The notes: a model not told the origin generated them from the sequence alone. A DNA stretch of 64,000 nucleotides from an uncultured Gemmatimonadales bacterium (GCA_963708135.1 OY970192.1:4000001-4064000), one strand, 5' to 3'. Shown: positions 49,041 through 58,785, counted from the stretch's first letter. Numbers and translations are program-made.

Positions 49041-50339
49041 ATGGGCAACGGCGGAGGCGGGCGACGGGTCGTGATCGTGGAGGGCGTGCGGACGCCGTTC
49101 TGCAGAGCGGGCACGGAGCTGCGCGACATGAGCGCGATCGACCTGGGCACGATCGCCGTGCGCGAGCTGCTCGAGCGCGCCGACATCGCGCCGGAGACGG
49201 TCGAGCACCTGGTCTACGGCACCGTGGTCCATTCGGTGCGCGCACCCAACATCGCCCGCGAGGTCTCCCTCGGCGCGGGGCTACCGCCGACCGTCCCATC
49301 CTTCACGGTCAGCCGCGCCTGCGCCTCCGCGAACCAGGCGATCACCTCCGCGGCCGAGAGCATCGGGCAGGGCTATGCGGACGTGGTCGTGGCCGGCGGC
49401 GCGGAATCCCTCTCCGACATCCCGATCCTCGTGGGCAAGGGGATGCGCGACGCGCTTGTGTCCGCCTCGAAGGCGCGCAGCGTGAGCGCCCGCGTGAAGG
49501 CGTTCGCCGGGCTGCGGCCGCGCGACTTCGTCCCGATCACGCCCGCCATCGCCGAGCCGACCACGGGCGAGACGATGGGCGAGAGCGCGGAGCGGATGGC
49601 CAAGGAGAACCACATCTCGCGGGAGGCGCAGGACCGCTGGGCGCTGCGCTCGCACCAGCGGGCGCTCGAGGGGACGCGCGACGGGCGGCTGACGCGCGAG
49701 ATCGTGGCCACGTACATCCCGCCGGACTACTCCCGCGTGGTCACGGAGGACAACGGGATCCGGGCCGACACCAGCCTGGAGAAGCTGGCCGCGCTGAAGC
49801 CGGTCTTCGACCGCCGCTACGGCACCGTGACGGCGGGCAACTCCTCTCCGCTCACCGACGGCGCATCGGCGGTGCTCCTCATGAGCGAGGAGCGGGCGCG
49901 GGCGCTCGGCGTCGAGCCGCTCGGGGCGATTCGGAGCTGGGCGTACGCGGCGCTGTCCCCGTCGGACCAGCTGCTGCAGGGGCCGGCCTACGCCGCACCC
50001 CTCGCCCTGGACCGGGCGGGGCTCGGGATGAAGGACATCGAGCTGATGGAGATGCACGAGGCCTTCGCGGCGCAGGTGCTTTCGAACCTGCAGTGGCTGG
50101 ATTCCGAAACCGTCGCGCGCGAAAAGCTCGGCCGCGCGGCGAAGGTCGGCATTCCGGATGAGGACCGGATCAACGTGATGGGCGGGAGCATCGCGATCGG
50201 ACACCCGTTCGGGGCCACGGGGGGCCGGCTGACGATCACGCTGCTGCAGGAGATGAAGCGGCGCGGCCTCGGCCTGGGCCTCATCACCGTCTGCGCGGCC
50301 GGCGCCCTCGGCTTCGCGATGGTCGTGGAGCGAGACTGA
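49041..50339 (+). CDS. fadI: Acetyl-CoA C-acyltransferase (FadI-type thiolase)
   Basis: SRACAS, HEAFA, GHPFGATG, CAAG. Confidence 0.85.
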   Translation: MGNGGGGRRVVIVEGVRTPFCRAGTELRDMSAIDLGTIAVRELLERADIAPETVEHLVYGTVVHSVRAPNIAREVSLGAGLPPTVPSFTVSRACASANQAITSAAESIGQGYADVVVAGGAESLSDIPILVGKGMRDALVSASKARSVSARVKAFAGLRPRDFVPITPAIAEPTTGETMGESAERMAKENHISREAQDRWALRSHQRALEGTRDGRLTREIVATYIPPDYSRVVTEDNGIRADTSLEKLAALKPVFDRRYGTVTAGNSSPLTDGASAVLLMSEERARALGVEPLGAIRSWAYAALSPSDQLLQGPAYAAPLALDRAGLGMKDIELMEMHEAFAAQVLSNLQWLDSETVAREKLGRAAKVGIPDEDRINVMGGSIAIGHPFGATGGRLTITLLQEMKRRGLGLGLITVCAAGALGFAMVVERD

Positions 50340-50342
50340 GCG

Positions 50343-50816
50343 TCAGGCGCGTCCGGCCTCGCGGACCGCCTCCTTGATGCGGCGGAAGGGTGGCAGCACG
50401 GACGGGTTCTCGTCCATCCAGGCGAACACGACGCGGCCATCGCGGCTGACGACGAACGCCGCCCGGTTCGATACGCCCTTCAGGCCGTAGAGCTCCTCAC
50501 GCAACACGCCGTAAGCGGCACTGGCCTCGCGGTTGAAGTCGGAGAGCACCGGAAATGGCGCGTTGCACGCCTCCGCGAAGCGCTGGTTCACCCAGGGGGA
50601 GTCCACGCTGATCCCGAGCACCTGCGCGCCCAGGCTCTCGTAGAGCCCGTAGTCCTCCGCGACGCCGCAGATCTCCTCGGTACACGTCGAAGAGAACGCG
50701 AGCGGGAAGAAGAGGATGACGAGTGTACGCCCGCGATAGTCCGACAGCCGCACCGGCGGCTCCTTCGGGCGCTGGAACAGTCTGAAATCCGGCGCGATAT
50801 CCCCCACCTGCAGCAT
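50343..50816 (-). CDS. Peroxiredoxin (AhpC/TSA family, AhpE-like)
   Basis: GDIAPDF, FPLAFSSTCTEE, GISVDS, LSDFN, RAAFVV. Confidence 0.88.
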   Translation of the reverse strand: MLQVGDIAPDFRLFQRPKEPPVRLSDYRGRTLVILFFPLAFSSTCTEEICGVAEDYGLYESLGAQVLGISVDSPWVNQRFAEACNAPFPVLSDFNREASAAYGVLREELYGLKGVSNRAAFVVSRDGRVVFAWMDENPSVLPPFRRIKEAVREAGRA

Positions 50817-50870
50817 TGCCCCGCCTCGTTCTCGTGAATCAGGGTCGCGAGTCCCGCATCGGGGCTTCCC

Positions 50871-51824
50871 TCACGCTGGTTCCTCCCTTGCCGCCCGGCC
50901 GGCACCCCCGGCACGCCGGAGGACGTGGCGCAGGCCGCGCCACCCCGCCAGCGCCCGCATGTCGTCCTCGTCGCCCCACCGCCCGTCCGAGCGTTGCGAG
51001 ACCGTGAGCAGGCCCGCCACGCGCTCGATCGATCGCTCCATCTCCGGAGCGGCGTACCCACGCTCGACCGCGCGCATGAGCAGCGCCATGCTCTCGAAGG
51101 GATCCACGCCCGCCCAGGTTCCTTCGCCGCGCTGGGTGCGCGCCAGCGCCGTCAGTCCCTGCGCCACCGCCTCGACATTGCGTTCCGTCCCGGCCGCCTC
51201 CAGGAGGGCGGCCAGCACCGCGTGGGCGGCGTGGGCCGAGAACACCGGCTCGCCCTCCGGCGCGGCCCAGATCGAGAGGATCCGCCTCAATGCCTCGATG
51301 TGCAGCTGGACGGCCGTACCCGTGCCGCCCCAGACCAGCACGGCCCGGAGCGCAGCGGAGGACAGCACGAGCGCCTGCTCTGCCCCCGGCCCGGCGCCCG
51401 CCAAGGGCGGGCCCTCCTGCACCGGGTCGCCCGGCCCCGGCGCATAGAAGCCCGCCGCGAAGTGGTGGCACAGCCCGACCCCGTGAGCCGCCGGCGTGCA
51501 GCCATCGCCGAAGCGACCCGGCCGGCCCGCCTGCGTCCGCAGCCAGTCGAGCGCCGCCTTCGCCGCGGGCTCCATGGACGCGCCCTCGCAGCCGAGCTCC
51601 CGGAGCCGGACGAGCGCCGCCGCCGTGCGGGCGATGCTGCCCTTCCAGCTCCCGTCGGGCCCGTGTCCCGCGACCAGGGTCGCGCACCAGCCCGCCACCA
51701 GCGTCGCGTCCGCCGGCGCCGCTACCCCACCCTGCCTGCGCGCCAGCACCCCCGCCGGCGTCCGCTCCGCCAGCAACCAGGCCTCCAGCCGCGCGAGCGA
51801 CCGCCTCAGATTCTCTTCGTTCAC
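50871..51824 (-). CDS. Hypothetical protein with prenyltransferase/squalene-cyclase-like repeats
   Basis: HGPDGSW, QRGEGTW, QRSDGRW repeats. Confidence 0.55.
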   Translation of the reverse strand: MNEENLRRSLARLEAWLLAERTPAGVLARRQGGVAAPADATLVAGWCATLVAGHGPDGSWKGSIARTAAALVRLRELGCEGASMEPAAKAALDWLRTQAGRPGRFGDGCTPAAHGVGLCHHFAAGFYAPGPGDPVQEGPPLAGAGPGAEQALVLSSAALRAVLVWGGTGTAVQLHIEALRRILSIWAAPEGEPVFSAHAAHAVLAALLEAAGTERNVEAVAQGLTALARTQRGEGTWAGVDPFESMALLMRAVERGYAAPEMERSIERVAGLLTVSQRSDGRWGDEDDMRALAGWRGLRHVLRRAGGAGRAAREEPA

Positions 51825-51878
51825 GGGCGATCCCGTCGCCTCATGTCCGGCACCCGAGCGGCCGATACTTCAGCTGCA

Positions 51879-51917
51879 GGTGTAACGGAACATTCTCTTG
51901 TCGGTGTAACGAAACAT
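51879..51917. repeat. 15-bp direct repeat GGTGTAACG(G/A)AACAT with a 24-bp period (operator-like)
   Basis: Copies at 51879-51893 and 51903-51917, 14 of 15 identical, in a divergent intergenic region. Confidence 0.6.
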
Positions 51918-51963
51918 GTCACGTCCGGGCCCCCTCGGGCGTTGCCATATAGAGCGGAAATCA

Positions 51964-52045
51964 CGGTCCGGCAGCGGATTGCCGGATCGGCGGCGGAGGG
52001 CACGGAAAATGCCCTCGTCGCCCTCGACCCGCCGCTTGGCGGGTC
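51964..52045 (+). ncRNA. Candidate structured RNA or 5' leader with three consecutive hairpins
   Basis: Stems 51964-51989 (loop GCGGAT), 51989-52022 (loop CGGAAAA) and 52026-52045 (loop GCTT). Confidence 0.45.
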
Positions 52046-52073
52046 CCCGTTCACGCCGAACGCGGGAGGCCCT

Positions 52074-52232
52074 ATTCGCACCTTGAGTGTCAGCCTGTTG
52101 GCAGTCGCCGCCATCGCGGCGAGTCTCCTGATCGTGCGCCGCGAGCAGCGGCCGCAGCACGGGCTCGTCCCCGCCGGTGAGGTCCTGCCGGCCGAGCAGT
52201 CGCTGGACGCGATCCGGGAAGCCGGGCTCTAG
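52074..52232 (+). CDS. Small single-TM protein (about 52 aa), possible ATT start
   Basis: GGGAGG then CCCT-ATT; IRTLSVSLLAVAAIAASLLIVRR...; followed by a terminator; alternative TTG at 52083. Confidence 0.55.
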   Translation: MRTLSVSLLAVAAIAASLLIVRREQRPQHGLVPAGEVLPAEQSLDAIREAGL

Positions 52233-52259
52233 TCGAGCTCGCACTCGCCGGGTATGGTC

Positions 52260-52301
52260 AGGCGCGCTCGTCCCAATCGGGGCGGGCGCGCCTCTGTTTT
52301 T
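52260..52301 (+). terminator. Rho-independent terminator
   Basis: AGGCGCGCTCGTCCC-AATC-GGGGCGGGCGCGCCT followed by CTGTTTTT. Confidence 0.7.
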
Positions 52302-52458
52302 CCCGCCGCCTCAGCTCGCCGACGAAGAATGGTCGTGGATGGTCTTCCGTCGGGCGGGCGTTCGGACGAGGACGAGAGAGAAGAAGCCGGTGCCGGGACG
52401 CGGGGGGCCGGGGGCGCAGCCGACGAGCGGCGCGAGAGCGTCAAGGAGCAGGATTCGC

Positions 52459-52692
52459 CTATTCAAAGTGGACGCGGTTCTTCTCAATGTAACTGCTCCA
52501 CTCCGGCGGCACGTCGGTATCGGGAAAGATTGCGGTGACCGGGCACTCGGGCTCACAGGCACCGCAGTCGATGCACTCGTCGGGATGGATGTAGTACTGG
52601 TCCTCCCCCTCGTAGATGCAATCGACCGGGCACACCTCGACGCAGCTCGCGTCCTTCACGCCGATGCACGGTTCCACGATCACGTAAGGCAT
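52459..52692 (-). CDS. Ferredoxin (FdxA-like, 7Fe/8Fe)
   Basis: [20 protein letters not shown]...[13 protein letters not shown]. Confidence 0.95.
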   Translation of the reverse strand: MPYVIVEPCIGVKDASCVEVCPVDCIYEGEDQYYIHPDECIDCGACEPECPVTAIFPDTDVPPEWSSYIEKNRVHFE

Positions 52693-52800
52693 GTCGGAAA
52701 GATCCCTTCCGCCTGTTTTCATCGAACGGTTGTTCGGTTGTCGGAACGAAATAGTGCAACGGCGCCCGGGGGGTCGCAAGGGGCGGGGGGCAGGGGCGGG

Positions 52801-53385
52801 TCAGGGACGAACGGAATCGAGGAAGCGCCGGCGAAACATCGGGCACCACCAGCGGTAGCGGCGGGCGAGGGGGTGCTGCGCGCGGTCGGCGACCGGCGCA
52901 TAGACGGCACACGTCTGGTGATGGACTGCCGCCCACTCCCGAAGGGGACGCAGGTGGAGATGGCGGGCGTGGTCGAGGCGTTCGGCGAGCGCGAGCGCGA
53001 GCGCCCGCGGGGGCAACGCCAGGAGGGCCTCCAGGAGCAACTCGTCCTCCATGGGGCCGGGCACCTGGCGCAGGAGCTCGATCACGGCCGGTCCCGCCGT
53101 GGCGGCGATGCTGGCTTCCGGGGGGGTCCGCTCCGGCGGCAGCCGGTCGCAGAGGACGGCCGCGCTGAGGAGCTCGCCGTCGCCCGCGGCCGCGTCCTCG
53201 AGCAGGATCAGCGCGACCCGGCCCGGATGGAGCGCGTCAGGGTGCTCCTCGTGCAGCGTGCGAGCGCGCCAGTCGAGCGACAGGCGGAAGGAGGCCTCGA
53301 GCCGTTCCAGCGAAGCGTCCTCGAGCCCGGCACGACGGCCGGCATCGAGCAGGCGCCGCATCATGGCGTCCGCGCGAGCCCCCAC
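52801..53385 (-). CDS. Degenerate HD-domain-like protein
   Basis: LHPGRVALIL...AAVLCD (HD changed to CD)...AERLDHARHLH; start uncertain. Confidence 0.55.
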   Translation of the reverse strand: MGARADAMMRRLLDAGRRAGLEDASLERLEASFRLSLDWRARTLHEEHPDALHPGRVALILLEDAAAGDGELLSAAVLCDRLPPERTPPEASIAATAGPAVIELLRQVPGPMEDELLLEALLALPPRALALALAERLDHARHLHLRPLREWAAVHHQTCAVYAPVADRAQHPLARRYRWWCPMFRRRFLDSVRP

Positions 53386-53386
53386 G

Positions 53387-53962
53387 TCAGCGGCCCGGCC
53401 GCCAGGGCGTCTCGGGCGTGGCGGCCCTGTGGTTTGCGAGGCGCGCCCAGACGAAGAGCAGATCCGAGAGCCGGTTCAGGTAGACGAGCGGGGGTGCCTC
53501 AACGCCTGCCGCCGGATCCGCGGCGAGCGCGACCACGCGACGCTCCGCGCGCCGGCAGATGGTGCGGGCCAGGTGCAGCGCGGCCCCGGCGGGGCTGCCT
53601 CCGGGCATGATGAAGGCGTGCAGCGGCGGCAGCTCGGCCTCGGCTTCGTCGATCCAGCGCTCGAGATCGCGCACGCGCCCGTCCGGCAGGCCCGGGAGCG
53701 CCGGCGCCCGGCGGCCCTGCGGAGCGGGGGGCGTGGCCAGGTGGGCGCCGATGGTGAGCAGATCCGGCTGAGTCGAGGTGAGCCGGGCGTGCAGCTCCGG
53801 GTCCCGGATTGCTGTCAGTGCGACGCCGAGCGCCGCGTTCAGCTCGTCCACGGCACCGCAGGCCTCGACCCGTGCGCTCGCCTTGGAGACGCGGCCGCCG
53901 CCGAACAGGCCGGTCTCTCCCTCGTCCCCCGTACGCGTATAGATCCGCTCCACCACGGCCAT
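53387..53962 (-). CDS. ATP:cob(I)alamin adenosyltransferase, PduO type
   Basis: IYTRTGDEGETGL, GAVDELNA, RRAERR, YLNRLSDLLF. Confidence 0.93.
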   Translation of the reverse strand: MAVVERIYTRTGDEGETGLFGGGRVSKASARVEACGAVDELNAALGVALTAIRDPELHARLTSTQPDLLTIGAHLATPPAPQGRRAPALPGLPDGRVRDLERWIDEAEAELPPLHAFIMPGGSPAGAALHLARTICRRAERRVVALAADPAAGVEAPPLVYLNRLSDLLFVWARLANHRAATPETPWRPGR

Positions 53963-53971
53963 CCTCCTCTG

Positions 53972-54892
53972 TCAGTTAACCGCGGGCTCCAGCACTTCGA
54001 GGGTTGCCGCCCCGGCATCGAGACGCGCACGACAGCCCAGCGGCAGGGTCCAGTTGTCGCGCACGTGGCCGACCGGCAGGTCGAGCACTGCGGGCACCCC
54101 CAGCCGATCGGCGAGCTCCGCCAGCACCTCGGCGACGGGCCGGTCGTTCTCCGACTCCGGGATCTCGGTGAAGCGGCCGAAAGCGAGGCCGGCCACGCCG
54201 TCGAGGCCGCCGGACAGCAGCAGCTGCGTCAACATGCGGTCGATGCGGTACACGGGCTCGCCCACATCCTCGACGACGAGGATGGCATCGCGGGCGAGCA
54301 GCGCGTGAGGGGTGCCACAGGAGGCCGCCAGGAGGGCCAGGTTGCCGCCGGCCAGCCTGCCTTCGGCGACGCCGCCCGCGAGCGTGCGCGGCGCCGCTCC
54401 CGCCGCCGGCAGCGGCAGCGCTCCGGGCGCGCTCGCCTCCATCAGGACGCGCCGAAAGCACGTGTCCGTCGCCGGCGTCACCTCCTCGCCCGGGTGCGGC
54501 CCGTGGAACGAGACGAGCCCGGCTCTCCGGAGAGCGAGGTGGAGGGAGGTGATGTCGCTGAAGCCGATGACGGGCCGGGGCAGGCGGAGGAGCGGCGAGA
54601 GGTCGAGCAGCGGCAGGATGCGCAGCACGCCGTAGCCGCCGCGCAGCATCCAGATGGCGTCGATGGAAGGGTCCTCCATGGCGTGCTGGAGGTCTGCCGC
54701 GCGTAGTGCGTCCGAGCCGGCCAGATAGCCGAGTCGAGCCCGGACGGAGGCGCCCAGCACGGGCTCCAGCCCCAGAATGCGGCAGCGGGCGAGGGCGCCC
54801 TCGATGCGCGACGCCGTCACGGGTCCGGCGGGCGCAACGAGCGCCACGCGCGCGCCCTCACGCAGGCGGGGGGGCCGTATGATCTCGTCCAA
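53972..54892 (-). CDS. ldcA: LD-carboxypeptidase (S66)
   Basis: RGGYG, GFSDIT, GGNL, EDVGE..YRIDRML, GH. Confidence 0.9.
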   Translation of the reverse strand: MDEIIRPPRLREGARVALVAPAGPVTASRIEGALARCRILGLEPVLGASVRARLGYLAGSDALRAADLQHAMEDPSIDAIWMLRGGYGVLRILPLLDLSPLLRLPRPVIGFSDITSLHLALRRAGLVSFHGPHPGEEVTPATDTCFRRVLMEASAPGALPLPAAGAAPRTLAGGVAEGRLAGGNLALLAASCGTPHALLARDAILVVEDVGEPVYRIDRMLTQLLLSGGLDGVAGLAFGRFTEIPESENDRPVAEVLAELADRLGVPAVLDLPVGHVRDNWTLPLGCRARLDAGAATLEVLEPAVN

Positions 54893-55033
54893 CGGTGCCT
54901 ACCCTCCGTACCGGGAGCCAGGGACGGGCTGAGATTACTGCGGCGGCCCGGGCCGGCGCCACCCGGCGCGCTGGTGGGGTGCCGTGCTCCGGCGTATCTT
55001 GGCGTCCAGCCCCAACTCTCGCAGGAGAGCGCC

Positions 55034-55486
55034 ATGGCTCCGGACTCCGGGAACGCGGCCCGGGAGGCGAACCAGCTGTACTGGGAGACCGAGGTGTCCG
55101 TGGCGGACATTGCGGACCGCCTCGGCCTCTCCCGCCGCGGTCTCTACGAGGTCGTCAGGCCCGCGCCGGCCGGGGCGCCGTGCCCCGCGTGCGGCTCGGA
55201 CCTCATGTTCACGAACCGACTCGCGCGGTCAACGGGCTCGGCCGCGTGCCCGGCATGTGGCCGCGAGGAGGCCCTGGAGTCGGTCGAGGCCGAGGAAGGC
55301 CTCGCGGCCGACACCGGTCTCCCGCCAGACCTCGAGCAGGAGCTCGACGCGGCCCGCATGTCCCCGCTCGAGACCGACGCGGCACTCGCCCGCGCGCGGG
55401 CTCTCTCGCTGGGCGGCGCCCTGCTGACGGGCGTGATCGCGGGGGCGCTCGCGGCGCTGCTCTTCGGGCCTCGCCGCCGGCCGTGA
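55034..55486 (+). CDS. Hypothetical protein: HTH-like N-terminus, zinc ribbon, C-terminal TM
   Basis: SVADIADRLGLSRRGLY, CPACG twice, hydrophobic tail followed by RRR. Confidence 0.65.
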   Translation: MAPDSGNAAREANQLYWETEVSVADIADRLGLSRRGLYEVVRPAPAGAPCPACGSDLMFTNRLARSTGSAACPACGREEALESVEAEEGLAADTGLPPDLEQELDAARMSPLETDAALARARALSLGGALLTGVIAGALAALLFGPRRRP

Positions 55487-56832
55487 GGGGCGACGATCTG
55501 CCACGCATCGTCGCTCCGCCCCCCGGGCCGGCCTCGCGCCGACTGGCCGAGCGGCTCTCCCGTGTCGAATCCCCGAACATCACGCAGACGGAGGCGGCCG
55601 TGTTCTGGGCGGCCGCGCGCGGAGCCAACGTCGAGGACGTGGACGGCAACGTCTACATCGACCTCACGGCCGGCTTCTCGGTGGCGGCGGCCGGGCACGC
55701 CAACGAGCGCGTGGCGGCGGCGGTCGCGGAGCAGGCGAAGCTGCTGCCGCACGCGCTCGGCGACATCCACCCGGCCCGGCTGAAGGTCGAGCTGCTCGAA
55801 CGTCTGGCCGCGCTGGCTCCGGGCGAGCTCTCGGTTTCGATCCTCGCCAGCGCCGGCGCGGAGGCCGTGGAGGCGGCGCTGAAGACAGCGGTGCTCGCGA
55901 CGGGGCGGCCGGGCATCGTCGCCTTCGAGGGCGGTTACCACGGGCTCACCTACGGCGCGCTCGCCTGCACCTGGCGCGAGGACTTCCGCGCGCCGTTCCG
56001 GGCGCAGCTGTACGACGGCGTTCGTTTCGCACCTTTTCCGTACGCTTTTCGCTGGGCTGGCGAAGGAGATGTGTCCGTGGCGGCGCTCGCCGCGCTGGAG
56101 AGGATCCTGGAGGAAGCCGAGGGCTCGGCCGCGCCCGTCGGAGCGGTGCTGCTCGAGCCGATCCAGGGGCGGGGCGGCCTCGTCGTGCCACCGCCGGGCT
56201 TCCTCGCCGGTGTCCGGCGGATCACCGAGCGGCGCGGGCTCGTCCTGATCTTCGATGAGGTCTACACGGGGTTCGGACGGACCGGTCGCTGGTTCGCTTG
56301 CGAGCACGAGGGCGTCGTACCCGACATCCTGGTGGTGGGCAAGGCGCTGTCGGGGATGCTGCCGCTGAGCGCGGCGATCGGGACTCCCGCGGTCATGCGC
56401 GCCTGGCCGCCCTCGCGCGGAGAGGCGGTGCACACGAGCACGTTCCTGGGCAGTCCGCTGGCGGCGGCGGCGGCGCTGGCGCAGCTGCGAGAGATCGAGG
56501 AGCTCCGGCTGCCGGACCGCGCGGCGGCGCTGGGGGCGCGGCTCGGCGCCCGGCTGGAAACGTGGGTTGAGCGGTTCCCCGCGGCCGGCGAGACCCGGGG
56601 TCGCGGGCTGCTGCGTGGCGTGGAGCTGGTGGAGGACCGGGAGACGCGGCGACCCGGGCGCGCGCTGGCCCTGGCGGTGGTGGACGGGGCGCTCCGCAGC
56701 GGCGTGCTCCTGCTGGCGGAAGGAGGCGATCTGAACGTGCTGGCGTTCGTCCCGCCGCTCGTCATCACCGAGCGTCAACTCGACCACGCCCTGGACGTGG
56801 TCGAGCACGAGCTGGCGCGCCGGGGCGGCTGA
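55483..56832 (+). CDS. Class III aminotransferase (GabT-like)
   Basis: DVDGNVYID, GAEAVEAALK, EPIQG, DEVYTGFGRTG, PDILVVGK. Confidence 0.9.
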   Translation: MRGDDLPRIVAPPPGPASRRLAERLSRVESPNITQTEAAVFWAAARGANVEDVDGNVYIDLTAGFSVAAAGHANERVAAAVAEQAKLLPHALGDIHPARLKVELLERLAALAPGELSVSILASAGAEAVEAALKTAVLATGRPGIVAFEGGYHGLTYGALACTWREDFRAPFRAQLYDGVRFAPFPYAFRWAGEGDVSVAALAALERILEEAEGSAAPVGAVLLEPIQGRGGLVVPPPGFLAGVRRITERRGLVLIFDEVYTGFGRTGRWFACEHEGVVPDILVVGKALSGMLPLSAAIGTPAVMRAWPPSRGEAVHTSTFLGSPLAAAAALAQLREIEELRLPDRAAALGARLGARLETWVERFPAAGETRGRGLLRGVELVEDRETRRPGRALALAVVDGALRSGVLLLAEGGDLNVLAFVPPLVITERQLDHALDVVEHELARRGG

Positions 56833-56842
56833 TTCCAGCTTG

Positions 56843-57625
56843 CTACATCGCGATGATGTGGTATCCGGCGTCGACAAAGAGGATCTCGCCGGTGACGCCG
56901 CGCCCCATGTCGCTGCACAGGAAGAGGGCGGCGCTTCCGACCTCGTCCTGCGTCACGTTGCGCCGCAGCGGCGCGCGCTCCTCCGCGATGCCGAGCATGG
57001 TACGGAACCCCTTCACGCCGGCGGCGGCCAGGGTCTTGATCGGCCCGGCGCTGATGGCGTTGACGCGAATCCCCTCGGGGCCCAGGTCCGCGGCGAGGTA
57101 ACGAACGCTGGCCTCGAGGGCGGCCTTGGCCACCCCCATGACGTTGTAGTTCGGCACGACCTTCTGGGCGCCGTAGTAGGAGAGCGTCACGATGTTGCCG
57201 CCGCTGGCCGCGAGCAGCGGCGCGGCGCGGCGCGTCAGATCCACGAGCGAATAGGCGCTGATCTCGAGGGCGCGCAGGAAGCCGTCGCGGCTCGTCTCCA
57301 CGAACCGGCCATCGAGATCCTTGCGGTCCGCGAAAGCGATGGAATGGACGAGCACATCCAGTCCACCCCAGTGCTCCCGCACCTGACGGAAGACGGCGCC
57401 GAGCTCCTCGTCCGAGGTCACATCGCATGGCAGGATCAGCTCCGCCCCGATCTCCTCGCCGAGCGGGCGCACCCGCTTCTCCATGGTCTCGTTGACGTAG
57501 GAGAGGCCGATCCGCGCCCCCTCGCGCCGCATGGCCTGGGTGATCCCCCAAGCAATGCTCCGCTCGTTCGCCACCCCGAACACCAGCACTCGCTTGCCGT
57601 CGAATAGACCCGCGCCGCTACCCAT
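56843..57625 (-). CDS. fabI: Enoyl-ACP reductase
   Basis: GVANERSIAWG, HSIAFA, YNVMGVAKAALE, AGPIKTLAA. Confidence 0.95.
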   Translation of the reverse strand: MGSGAGLFDGKRVLVFGVANERSIAWGITQAMRREGARIGLSYVNETMEKRVRPLGEEIGAELILPCDVTSDEELGAVFRQVREHWGGLDVLVHSIAFADRKDLDGRFVETSRDGFLRALEISAYSLVDLTRRAAPLLAASGGNIVTLSYYGAQKVVPNYNVMGVAKAALEASVRYLAADLGPEGIRVNAISAGPIKTLAAAGVKGFRTMLGIAEERAPLRRNVTQDEVGSAALFLCSDMGRGVTGEILFVDAGYHIIAM

Positions 57626-57774
57626 CGTTCACCTGTTCGCCGGTTCAGGAGGAGTGCGGGCTCGACCACCCGTCACCGTTGCGGTAACTTGGGTGCCGTA
57701 CGGCGCGGGGGCAAGGTTCGACCGGGGCGGTGAGCATTGCCTTTTTTAGAGTTAGCAGCCACTTTAGAGGCCGT

Positions 57775-58758
57775 TTGGCGAAGAGCTCAGCAAGAGTCCT
57801 GGTCACGGGGGCGACGGGGTTCGTCGGTTCGCATCTGGTCGAGGCGCTGACGGCGGGGGGGTTCGCCGTGCGCGCGCTCGTGCGGGCCACGAGCGACGTC
57901 CGAAGGCTGCGCGAGCTGGGAGTAGAGCAGGTCGTCGGCTCGCTGGAAGACCCGGCCTCCCTCGCGCGGGCGGTGAACGGCGCCGACACCGTGCTGCACC
58001 TGGCCGCGCTGGTTCGCGCGCGCGGGCCGGCGGAGTTCGCGCGCGCGAACGCGAGCGGCACCGAGGCGGTGGTCCGCGCGAGCGCGGAGGCGGGGGTCGG
58101 CCGGCTGGTGTACCTCAGCTCGCTGGCCGCCGTGGGGCCGGTGCGGGAGGGGCGAGCCGTCGAGGCCTCGGACGAGCCGCGCCCGCTTACGGCATACGGC
58201 AGGACCAAGCTGGCGGGCGAGCGTGCGGTGCTGGGTGAGCGGCGGCTGCACGGGGTCGTCCTGCGGGCGCCGGCGGTGTACGGGCCGGGGGACCGCGAGC
58301 TGTTCACCTTCTTCCGGCTGGCCGCGCGTGGCGTGTTTCCGCTGCCCGGCGGCCCCGAGCGCTCGGTCCAGCTGATCCACGTACGGGATCTGGCCCGTGC
58401 GCTGGTCCTTGCCGGGAGCGCTCGGGAGGCGGAAGGTGTGTACCACGTTGCGGACCCGACGGCGTACGGCTGGCCGGCGCTGGCCCGGGCGATCGGGGTG
58501 GCGGTCGGGCGGGAGGTCCGCATCGTGCGGCTCCCGCCCAGGCTCGTTACCGCGGCAGCGGCGGGAAGCGAGCTGGCGGCGGCGCTGGTGAGGCGCGCGA
58601 CGATCTTCGACCGGGACAAGGCGCGCGAGTTGCTTGCCCCGGGGTGGTTGTGCGAAACTGGAGCGGCTCGGCGGGAGCTCGGGTTCGAGACCGAGATTCC
58701 GCTGGCCGAGGGACTCGGCGAGACCGCGGCGTGGTATCGAGCGCGCGGCTGGCTGTAG
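57775..58758 (+). CDS. NAD-dependent epimerase/dehydratase (candidate ceramide or ketosphinganine reductase)
   Basis: TGATGFVG, SSLAAVGP, YGRTK; operonic with SPT; TTG start inferred. Confidence 0.8.
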   Translation: MAKSSARVLVTGATGFVGSHLVEALTAGGFAVRALVRATSDVRRLRELGVEQVVGSLEDPASLARAVNGADTVLHLAALVRARGPAEFARANASGTEAVVRASAEAGVGRLVYLSSLAAVGPVREGRAVEASDEPRPLTAYGRTKLAGERAVLGERRLHGVVLRAPAVYGPGDRELFTFFRLAARGVFPLPGGPERSVQLIHVRDLARALVLAGSAREAEGVYHVADPTAYGWPALARAIGVAVGREVRIVRLPPRLVTAAAAGSELAAALVRRATIFDRDKARELLAPGWLCETGAARRELGFETEIPLAEGLGETAAWYRARGWL

Positions 58759-58785
58759 CTGGCTGGTCTGAACTGGTGGAGATCG

